A stretch of DNA of 62,274 nucleotides, counting the filler, from Globobulimina sp. (Eukaryota), in assembly GCA_003354225.1 (NCBI GenBank). It is 24 parts of 24 records of this genome, joined end to end, with 100 filler letters (N's around TTAATTAATTAA, not from the genome) between each part and the next. Parts side by side here need not be neighbours in the genome. Positions count along the whole stretch, not along the records: positions 1 to 2,501 come from PIVH01006306.1; positions 2,602 to 5,102 come from PIVH01006307.1; positions 5,203 to 7,703 come from PIVH01006308.1; positions 7,804 to 10,304 come from PIVH01006309.1; 20 more parts are not named here. One strand, given 5' to 3'. The notes beneath the pieces were generated by a model that ran no database searches, was not told where the DNA came from, and saw only the letters and a program-made list of their open reading frames with translations. Shown here one piece after another: positions 1-10,404 of this stretch. Position 1 is the stretch's first letter; the number at the start of each line of letters is the position of its first letter. Both the position numbers and the translations under genes were made by a program.

Positions 1-83
1 TGTGTGTATTGGTGAAACGTTAGAAACACGAAATTTGAGTAAAATTAAATCAAAACTAAAAAGTCTAAACTAATATTCACAAA

Positions 84-2501
84 TTAAGCTTTAAATATTT
101 CTGTACATTGTGGTATGCGGTGTGTTTCATTACCACATAAACACATATGTAATCTAACCATATTTCCCACTTTGCACGCTAAGCTTTTGGAGAAACATTT
201 CTCTCCACCCATATGATGTGCTGCACAATATTTGTGAGTCAATTTGTATTTTGGTTTTAACCTCGCATTGATATTTTCCATCCACACATCAAATCGTTTG
301 GTTCTGTCAGATTTTTGTTTCTCTCTTTTTGTTGTCCGTCCTGTTTCATATGCGGGTTTTTCTGTTTTTGTTGGTCTTTTCTCAATTTTTTCGTACGAAA
401 TAGCTTTTTTATGCTCAGCAATTTGTTTCTGAGTCTTTAATAATTTGGCATGGTCATATTGTGAGAACATACGTTGTAACCATAAATCCTCAGTATTTGG
501 TGATTTCACCTTATCGATGTCCAATTTTTGCCTTAAATGTGTATTTCGGGCGGTCAACATCACTGATAATTGTTTACTATTTGCCATATCCATTGATTCG
601 TTAACAAATAGATAAAATAATTGTTGATTTAATGTATTATCATACACTAAAGTCTCAAAAATGATTCTACATTGTCTCCAATCATGAATTGCTACATTTA
701 ACATCATAATATATCGATTTAGTTCTATACTTGGATCGATTTTTAATTTTTTGATGGCATACAATTTTGACAAAGCAGTGACAATTTGTTGGCTATACTT
801 ATTTGCATAAATTAACCACATATTTAATAGTCGCTGTATTTCCTGAAAGAACGAAAAAATGCTTTGCTTCTCATTGAAAATATTGGCGATTGTTGTTGTG
901 ATGTTCGATTGAGTTAAATGTTGAGTACGTTTTTCAAATTTGATCAATTCTAACATAATATCCGTCATTGACTGTGTCGAAATTCTCCATACAAACATTA
1001 AAAAACCTGTTTCTGCGATTTCTTTTTTATTTTTCTTGGATTTTTTTGATTTTTTCTTCTTACCACTCGATGAATCATCAGAATCCGCATCGGAGTCTGT
1101 GTGTAATCAGAGGGAAAATCATGATTTGCATTGGATAAATCCAGAGGTCGCAGAGGTTGTGAATGTGTTTCATTGAGCACATAATTGACAGTCAGAGTAT
1201 TTTTGGTGTGCTCAAATTATTTGTTTCAAAATTGGTGATAGCTAATTATTTTGACGCATGATCTCATGATTCGTCATATACGCTATGTCAATCTTGGTAT
1301 TATTATTGTTTTGATGATGTAATAAACACGAAAAATGTTAAAGTATACAGAACATGTTTCTCTCCACAAAAACACAAAAGTATAAACAAAGGGGAATCTA
1401 AAACAAAATACGGCCAAAGCCATACAAACGATTATAGTCAAGCTTCTTAACTATGCGGCCCAATGACACAAAGGACAGACCCACGTACCTTGGATTTCAT
1501 CCACAATGCCTTTGTTACTCTGTTTATTCATCATTCGTAGATTGGTGCGATGTAAATTTGATTTGTGGTGGATTTTATTTGTGTGATTTGCAATTAATTC
1601 GAATCCCAATGTCGTTTTATCGACGTGATATTCCTTGCTCCAACGATGGATTCCGCGTTGATCAGAATTTAACATTTGTTCCACGGACTGTTTCTGCGGC
1701 GAATCCATTCCTTGTTGATTTGACATAACTTTCCCCAAATTGAAGGAAAGTGTGTCTTGTCGCTCAATTAAGGTATTAACCCTATCTAAGATCACTTTGC
1801 TGTTGTTGGTATTGGGAGGTTTGTCATCGTCACTATCCCCACTCTTTAATTCCAGTCGCCGTTTCTTCTTCGGACGACGTTCAAATTCTTCATCCAATTC
1901 GTCCCACTCACTGCGTTTGCGAACACTTCCACTGAGTGAGGGATTATCGATTACTTTGTCCCTTTTCGTGACAAATAATTCCTTCGGGATAACGTCTAAT
2001 TCCTTGTACGATTTAATCCGTTCTCCAGCCTCATTAATGTAATTCTTATCAGTTAAAAATTTAAATTGTTCAAAATAAACTTTAACGATTAATTTACGCA
2101 ATTTTACTGGGTCAGAGACGCCAGATACAGCTTGAAATCTGTTCGATTTTGGTGGTAAGTTGTAATAAACGCGATAATTTACTAAAAATTGGGTCATTCT
2201 GTGATTATACGCATTGAATTCTGATTTGACATCGGAGTATTTTAATGAGGAACGTTTCTGAAAACGTCCAATGTTATTAATCATATTGACTCTTGTTTTG
2301 ATGACTAATTTATATCTCTTTTTCCAATCAATCTCATATTCATTCGATTTGTCAGCGCTCACAAATTGTGAATCTTTGAATATTCTGATCCTTTCACTGG
2401 ATAATGTTTGTTCTTTTTCATCGGATTTAATCTCAATGTCATCCTCATTCAATCTAAATAAAGCCTCGTCGGTTGAATAACCATCGCCAGCGTTACTCGC
2501 T
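84..2501 (-). CDS. Spliced protein (5' partial) with C-terminal CCCH plus CCHC-like Zn knuckles, resembling DIRS/Ngaro-type Gag
   Basis: ORFs 1451-2452 and 84-998 join in frame through a phase-1 intron 1488..1097 (CAAG|GTACGT...ACACAG|AC), giving EIQ-D-SDADSDD. The C-terminus reads YCAAHHMGGEKCFSKSLACKVGNMVRLHMCLCGNETHRIPQC. Confidence 0.55.
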
Positions 2502-2601
2502 NNNNNNNNNNNNNNNNNNNNNNNNNNNNNNNNNNNNNNNNNNNNTTAATTAATTAANNNNNNNNNNNNNNNNNNNNNNNNNNNNNNNNNNNNNNNNNNN
2601 N
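2502..2601. other. Artificial contig linker (first of 23)
   Basis: N44-TTAATTAATTAA-N44 (stops in all six frames). It recurs at 5103, 7704, 10305, 12905, 15505, 18105, 20705, 23305, 25905, 28505, 31104, 33703, 36302, 38900, 41498, 44096, 46694, 49292, 51889, 54486, 57083 and 59679. Contig lengths fall from 2501 to 2496. Confidence 0.99.
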
Positions 2602-4909
2602 GCTTATTATAAATATCAAAGTCGTCAAAGCCAATGACATTATGCAAGTCCATGGAGCCCATATCAATGCTGGCATTGTACCCACTGGTCTTCGGCAACA
2701 GATTCGTATTTGTGACTGCTTTTTTCTCTTCGTCGTCTTCCGCAGTCATTGAGGATAACGATGATACTTCGTCCGATGAGTTGTGCTCTTTATTTTTGTT
2801 TACATCCAACTCACTTAAACTCGAATCACTGTCCTCCGAATCGATGGTACCGATGGTTTGCTGTCCCACTGCGTGTTGGTCAATGTTGTAGCGGTCCTTT
2901 GCATTGGATAGCACATTCAATAACGGATTATGTTTGTGTTTATGTTGGGTAATGGTCAAATTAAATGAGGACTGTGATCTGAGTGCGCCTTGATTCACAA
3001 CATTGGCATGTTGCTGTTTGAAATCGGTGTTTTTTTTATTTCGCGTATCGGCTTCATTGTCGGTGGCTGCTTGCCTCAGCGGCGTTAATCTGTAATTATT
3101 GATTGTATTGGTATCAGTGTCGGATATACGCGCGGTATCATAATAATCTTCACCGGATTCTTCTAAATCACCCAGATATTTCGGTATATGCTCGTCGGCG
3201 GGTAATTGTGCAGCATTTATGGGAGATACATTGGTTAGTTCTGTGGTGGAGTTTTGTAACTTAAATTTGACCAATTTGCCGGATGAGATATTGTGTGTAT
3301 AACGTATCTTAGAGGTCTGGATTGTGGTTGGTTTCAGAAAGTGAACATTTGTACTTTTGGGAGGTGGTGATACGACATGCATAAGTTCAGCAGGCGGCGA
3401 TTGACCATGTATATGGGGATAAGGCGTGCCTTTTATAACGATGTTAGTTGGCGACAGTGGCTCGCTTGATTTGCGTTTCATTGCTTTATTATTTAGGATA
3501 AGTTTGTAAGTTTATTCGAATACAATTTGCATTGTACATGATATAAAGCATAATATGCAGAAACACGCTATTATTTGTTGTTGTTTCTGAATATTATAAT
3601 TATATATATATCATGGTCGCTGCTTTGATTTCTATCGTTTTTTACATATATACCTGGCTTATGTATGGAGCCCGGTGGTGATGATATTGAATAACTGGAT
3701 AAGTTTAAGACGGGCCTCCCAATACAGTCTAATTTGCTATTTTGTGCGCTTTCCAATTCATTATTTGCTATTTTGAACGCAGTGGTTTTCCCATTGCGAT
3801 TCATATTATATCTCCGTCGATGTTTGGGTGCAGATAATAACAAATCGAACATTTTCTTTTGTAAAATGTCTTTATAATCCTTATACGCGGATGCTTTAAT
3901 ACATTTTATGTACTTATTTTTCTTATTTTGCAACGCATTTATTCGTTGTCGTACAAACTCACTCTCCGTTGATACAAATAAACGACTCCATATAGGCACT
4001 TTGTCAGGGATTTGAGATAATATCTCTGCCATTTCATTCTCATTATATCTGATCACATACTCCGTTAACGGTGGTGGAGGGGGTGGTAAATCTGTGCAAC
4101 TTATTTAGTTTATGCCAATAGCAAACATTTCATACATGTTTGACATACCAGGTGGTGGTGGAATGTCTGTGTTGGTTATAAGCGGTGTGGGTGGGAATTG
4201 TTGCTGTTTATCATCCTCATCCTCATCCGCATCGTCTAAGAATGTGATATCTTGATCTTGATCTACTGCACTTATTAAATATGCAATGTATTTTTCAGGC
4301 TCATATTTACATTTTGATTCATGTTTTTTCCACTTCGTAAAGGAGTGCAATTGTTTACTACAATGACTGCAACACAGACAATCTGTTTTTCATTTATGTG
4401 TTTTTGGAGTGAACAACAAAACAAAAACAAACACAACTTTTTATTTCCAGCATAGCAAATTCTTCAGGATCAAATTGATGGAATATGTCATCATCATAAT
4501 ACTGATTATAATATGGATCATATAATTTATACTGTTTACTATTGATTGCTTTGCATGGATTGATTGTATGTTTGCTGTATATAATTTGTATGGATTCATC
4601 GTCGCCGATTTGAGACAGTCTTAAAAACGCTTCAATGCGTGAGATCAATATATCTTTTAAGCGTTTTATAGTGGGATGTTGAAAATGTTGCGCGTTACAA
4701 AATTGCATAAAATCAAAACGATCAATATATCCCACATGTTCTTCATCGATGTAATCAAATATTTTGATTACATCTTTTTTGGTCATGTTGATTGATAGTT
4801 TGTTAAAAGCTGTCACCCATTTGATTTTATCTATGTCATCGTCCGAGTCATCTCCCAGCAAACTCCCATTGAAAAATGTGGCTAGTGAGTCCTGATTATT
4901 CGCTGTCAT
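2602..4909 (-). CDS. Four-exon protein with EF-hand, C2HC-like Zn finger and Pro-rich/low-complexity regions (3' partial)
   Basis: EF-hand IFDYIDEEHVGYIDRFDF and CSHCSKQLHSFTKWKKHESKC. Three phase-1 GT-AG introns join ORFs 4394-4909, 4105-4350, 3571-4056 and 2546-3481 in frame. Confidence 0.65.
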
Positions 4910-4966
4910 TATGGCCCCAAAAACAGTTTTTTGTCTTAAAGCTTTAAAAAAACGTAAGAGTGAATA

Positions 4967-5102
4967 ATGTCTAAAAAAGAGACAAAAGACAAAGAGAAAC
5001 TACCTCAGGATGAGAAAGCCGCAGAAGACAAAGAAGCGGAAGAAAAAGAGGAAGAGAAAGTGGATGAGATGGCTCCTTTGCAACAATTATTTTATCATTG
5101 TA
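4967..5102 (+). CDS. N-terminus of unknown protein (Lys/Glu-rich)
   Basis: ATG-initiated ORF open to the contig end, divergent from the gene starting at 4909. Confidence 0.5.
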
Positions 5103-5274
5103 NNNNNNNNNNNNNNNNNNNNNNNNNNNNNNNNNNNNNNNNNNNNTTAATTAATTAANNNNNNNNNNNNNNNNNNNNNNNNNNNNNNNNNNNNNNNNNN
5201 NNAAAAGAAACAGTCCGAAATACCAAAAAGATAGTCAATTAAAAAAAATATTAAATTTATATCATGCACAAACA

Positions 5275-6912
5275 TTAATAATCCTCATCAACATCTTGAT
5301 GCTCATTATTTGCCTTCATATTGCTCACAAAATCGTTTGTGTCATCCAAGACTCCCTTTAATTTCGACTCAATATTCAATGCTTTCCGTAATAACTCCTT
5401 TAATTTTGCCAAATCATCCAATAACTTATTAATTTGCTGCATCAATTTCTTATTTTTACTCAACAACAAATCATTTTTATTTTTCTCGTCATCCAACTCA
5501 TTCTTTAACTCTTCGATCTGATTCAATGCGTCGTGCAACTTCGCATTTAACTCATTATTATTATTCAATAACTTATTCATTTCTTGCTTATTTTCCTCAT
5601 TCTCGCCCAATAAGTCCTCATTGTCTCGCGTAGATTTATTTAATTCGTCTTTAACATCCTGCAAATCACTCAGCGCCTCTTTCAAATCCCGTTTCAATTT
5701 GGTTTTCATGTCAACCATCTGGTTGTACATATTCTCTTTCTCAGCCTGCAACTCTTTATTTTGGTTCTCTACATCTTCCAATTGCTTCGTAAGCATACTT
5801 TCATTGTCATTTTTTTCATGCGCCACAATGGATAATCTCCGGTCTCGATCGGCAATTTGTTTCCGTAAATCGCCCATAACACCTCGCTGTTTCTCAATTG
5901 TCGCGTCCAATTTGTCTTTATTTTTACGAAAATCTGCCGCTTCACGCACAGCTTTGTTCATTTTAAGAGTTACTCCTTCAAAATCCTCTTCTTTTTTTTG
6001 TAGCTGTAGAATTATACAAAAATAATATCACAGAAACGTTATTTTTTTTTATTTGTATACTACAAATATATCACAGAAACGCGTTTTTTTTGTATATTTT
6101 TGTACCTCTTTAGCTAATTTTTGAATGACATTGAATGCCATATCCAACGCCGACGTGATATCGTCGACTTGGCTGAAATCGACGCCTAAGATTTTGAGCC
6201 GGGCCGCGATGGCTTTTTGCAATCTGTCTAATTTTTGTTTTAACCAAAACCTTTCCTTATTTGCTTTCAACCTCATTTCCCGTTCACTGTCCATTTTTTT
6301 TTGTTTTTTGCCGGAAACAGACTCTAAAGTAAGAATCTTGCGCTTTAATACCTGGTTATCGCGAGTCAACGATTTGATTTTGGCCTCCATGTCCAAGAGT
6401 TTCTGACTTTGATGCTCTGCCTTTCCAAAGCTTTTGACGCCGCTTAAGGTACGACGCGATTTGGTCGATTTCGTCTTTGTTGGTGTATCGATTTCGTATA
6501 ACTTGAATTGGGTATCGATGGTAAAAAAATCTTCGTTGATTTGCAATATTATGAATAATGTGTCGTCGTGATTTGGTTTATTGCGTAAGGCTGATATTTC
6601 AGAACGGGATAAATACGTCGGTAGCAAATCAATTTGTTCCTTGTCCTTTCCATTTCTGTTTGGCTTAGTAAAATATCCATATTTCATGGACCAATTTTCG
6701 TTTCGGTTTTTGGATGCTGTTTTTAATATTTTTATTAATTTCTCAACTGTTTGTGTCAATCCTTTGGCCGCCAATGTTGTTGCATTGTACGACGCGGTGA
6801 ATTTACGTAGGTTTTTCTTGTCGCGAACATATAAAACTAACGACGATGAGTCTTTTAACGTGAGGTCAAAATCAAATTGTGAATCTTGTGATTTTGCGTC
6901 TTCAGATGACAT
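5275..6912 (-). CDS. Long coiled-coil protein with a globular head, possibly CCDC61/SAS-6/XRCC4-like
   Basis: Phase-0 intron 6105..6004 (GAG|GTACAA...TACAG|CTA) joins ORFs 6049-6912 and 5275-5961. About 140 aa of alpha/beta head are followed by heptad-rich sequence. Confidence 0.65.
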
Positions 6913-7125
6913 TATGTTTAAAGTTGTTTCACTAGTAAAGTTTTTTGATGGTTAGAAATAAATTTAAACTTTTTTGTTGCGTAGTTTGTAAACAGAGTCT
7001 TATATCTTTGATAGAAATATCTTCCAAACTGACTGACAAATTGAAGTGCAAGTGGATTATGACTGATACCATCTTTACATCGTGTAAAGCACCACTTGAT
7101 ATCATAAAAGAGCCATACTCTTCGG

Positions 7126-7703
7126 TTGCTTCTTTTAAATTATCAATCAGAAATTTTGATCAATGTAATAATTAATAATACGACACCATACGTTTGTAAT
7201 CAATGTGCAGGCTGGCCAGAAAATGATAATGATCGATTTTGTATACATCACAGAAATGAAAAACATAGAATAAGTGTCACGAAACATGCTGGCCATAAAC
7301 GACAGCCAGGTACATCAACTACAGTGGCAACAACAGTGCCATTACAAAAGAAACGAAGGCTCTCAGTAACAACTCAATTATCACGGACTCTCAATACGTT
7401 ACATTTTGATGATAGTTGTGATAATACCACATTTTTTACAAGCAATAAAAAGAAAAATAGTAAAAACAAGAAGAAAAACATAAATCAACGTTCAATAACT
7501 TCATTTTACAAATCAACATCCAATGTATCATCCAATGTATTATCCAATGTATCATCAAATGTATCATCACAAAATAAAACATTTTTACAAATTGCATCCA
7601 ATGTATCATCACAATCTGAAATAAAACCAAAACCAAAAATAAAACAAACACCAAAAACAAAAATAAAACACGATGGATGTGCAAAGAAAGGAACATATTC
7701 CAA
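7126..7703 (+). CDS. Unknown protein with CxxC...H-x4-H Zn-finger-like motif and PIP-box-like QRSITSFY (partial; possibly transposon-derived)
   Basis: YVCNQC...HHRNEKH, QRSITSFY, and SNVS repeats encoded by 12-bp tandem units. Confidence 0.4.
7516..7570 (+). repeat. 12-bp coding tandem repeat (about 4 copies of TCCAATGTATCA)
   Basis: Visible directly; encodes SNVS SNVL SNVS SNVS. Confidence 0.8.
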
Positions 7704-7803
7704 NNNNNNNNNNNNNNNNNNNNNNNNNNNNNNNNNNNNNNNNNNNNTTAATTAATTAANNNNNNNNNNNNNNNNNNNNNNNNNNNNNNNNNNNNNNNNN
7801 NNN

Positions 7804-9122
7804 ATGTTTTCAATCTCCGACTCATTTGCCAAATTATCATCCAATACATCCACATCTTCCTTAATGGTATAATTTGTATTGCCAGAATCAAGAGCTGAGT
7901 AGGATATAGTTTTAGTTTCCAATGCTTTTGTTTGTGCGGATACTGATTGCGGACTCGGCAACTCAATGCTCGTTGCGGCGATGTTTAACATTCTACTTTG
8001 CTGCACTTGCACCACAGTCACTTTCTTCACAGTATCTCTTTTAACACAACACATCACACATTCATGCACAATGCGGTCACATCTGCACCAATATTTGTAT
8101 AAATTGAGATTAAATCCAAGACTCAGATATATAATAAACGCACCCAGCGCATAATTCACAATTGTGATCCAAAACCATCGCGCTAAACTTAATATTTTTG
8201 CTGCAGCATAATGTGGTGCCCAATAATATCGATAAGCAGTCAGTATGCCTGAACCGCAACTAATTGCTATGATTGCTACGGTGATGGTTAACATCTTCGT
8301 AATTACCTGCAGCAATTTGGCATCTCTGTCCATGTTTGATTTTGTTAAGTTATCGACATCATTTTTGATTTCTGTTATGGTCTTAGAATGTTTAACCAAT
8401 ACATCCGATGTCATTGAATTCACCAAAACCATTTCCAAACGCTTTACTAACAACAATATTAAATGAGAAATACCGAGGAATACGCAGAGAAAACTTGTAT
8501 ATGCCAAGACCTGTCCAATTCGAAATTTTCTGCCAAAGTCCTGGCCAAATATTTCCATGGTTATGTTGCCTAAAGGAAAGCCAATGGCCGCTGTTATCAT
8601 AAACAGTGCATGGACTCTTTTGGTGCAACGTGAGACATTGAAGTCGTCGCCAGATTGGGCTATGGTTAATATTAACATTGAATAAAAATACATATAAAAC
8701 AATAGTGAGACAAATCCAATTAATACAGCAAAAACAATTAAAGCAATGTAGCCAAGGGGATAGTTTTGGGCTTGTATCCAATTTCCGTATTTTAGGATGC
8801 CATAACCGTTACAGGCAAACGTCAAAAATGCTAAAAAATATGCACAGAGGAGTACATCTGTTGGAGCTGGCAATACACAGATATTTACACATTCAAAGTA
8901 ATCTGATTGTGAGCCACAACAAATTGAACAATATTTACAAACATCTGGTTTGTTTCGTTCATTTGGTTGTGATTTTCGAACTATTTTATATATCAATGAG
9001 AGTAATAATATTAATGAAACAAATGCTACAAATAATGACGCTATTCCTCTGTAATATGGGTACTCGGATTCTAATTGCCAAGATTTTGAATATTTATCTA
9101 GCGAATCTAAACCCTCTGACAT
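7804..9122 (-). CDS. Seven-transmembrane (GPCR-like) receptor, 3' partial
   Basis: Intronless ORF with seven hydrophobic segments, a long third intracellular loop, a Cys-rich post-TM7 segment (YKYWCRCDRIVHECVMCC) and a Cys-rich loop after TM1. The likely start is MSEGLDS at 9122. Confidence 0.75.
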
Positions 9123-9178
9123 TGTTAAAAAGGTTTTCCTTCTGACTTCTGACACTTTTATAAACCTTAGCATCAAAC

Positions 9179-10304
9179 ATGGGGAACCAACTCAAGCCAA
9201 TCCCATCAAATCAAACCTTAAGTACATCCACATTGGCAGATTATGCATCAAATAAATCAATCACACCCACAATCAATTCCTCGTCGACATTAGAGTCAGA
9301 TGCATCAAGCCGACATGTTTCACCCTCACCACAGCCACCATCTCATACAAACCGTATTGTATCTAGCAAAATTGTTCAAATTGCTGCTGATTTTTGGAAT
9401 AATCAAATGACTCAATTATCATATAAACAGCAATTAGTTACCTACCTACATTATATTATTTATATAGCATATATATACTGCATATATTCGTAATTAATAT
9501 TTCGTATTATCATAAAACAAAATACAGGAAATCGGTGTAACTATTTATTTAGGAATGATGGTCAAAAATAAACGCATGCAACCATTTCAAAAACATTTCC
9601 GCTCAAAAGACGAAAATGTAAAAATAGAAACAATCAGTTTAAAATTTGTAAACATGGTAGGATGGTTAATACGGACATTATTACGAAAAGATGACAATTT
9701 ATCCGACATATTAGCCAATGTAGGCGCTATTCATCGCCAATTGAATGTTGACATGAAACATTTTGCTGCTATGTTAGAATCGTTGCATGAAACATTTACG
9801 CATTACTTTCCAAATTCATATAAAATACAGGTTTGACTATATATAAATTATATAAATCTGTACATATTACTGTACGAACAGGAAAAATATGCAATTGATT
9901 ATACGTTTGGATTGGCCACAAAACTGATGATGGGACAAAGAATAAAACCTAAGAATGATGATAATTATTTGAAGAATTTAAATTCTTGTTTAAAATCATC
10001 AGTTGGAAGGGAATATTTATTCAAATATTTGCAACAAAGTATGTATATACGTATATGCTGTGTGATTTGCCTAACTTTAATATTATGTAAACTGATCTGA
10101 CAGCGTGGTGTGACGAGATAGTGATTTATTTGAAAGCAATGATGAAATTCAAGAATCAGACCACAGATAAAGGCCGATTTATGATTGCTAGAAATATCAT
10201 TGAAGTGAGTATTGATTCCAAATCCAATTTGTGTTTAAATATTTCATATGAAACAAGACAAAATATGTTGACAATGATGAATCAGGGGAAAACTCAGTAC
10301 CAGA
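9179..10304 (+). CDS. Globin-RGS fusion protein with Gly2 N-terminus (4 exons, 3' partial)
   Basis: Exons 9179-9436, 9528-9830, 9882-10038 and 10104->10304, with in-frame GT-AG introns of 91, 51 and 65 nt. Globin motifs: ADFW, EIGVTIY, LANVGAIHRQLNVDMKHF. RGS motifs: LNSCLKSSVGREYLFKYLQQTWCDEIVIYL...ARNIIEVSIDSKSNLCLNISYETRQ. Confidence 0.85.
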
Positions 10305-10404
10305 NNNNNNNNNNNNNNNNNNNNNNNNNNNNNNNNNNNNNNNNNNNNTTAATTAATTAANNNNNNNNNNNNNNNNNNNNNNNNNNNNNNNNNNNNNNNN
10401 NNNN

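Noticed and set aside
9123-9176. ORF-track start of the 7TM gene at 9176/9173, nearly touching the globin-RGS ATG
   Set aside because: 9176 is a TTG, and the ATG at 9173 would leave only 5 bp between the genes. The ATG at 9122 is more plausible, though unverified.
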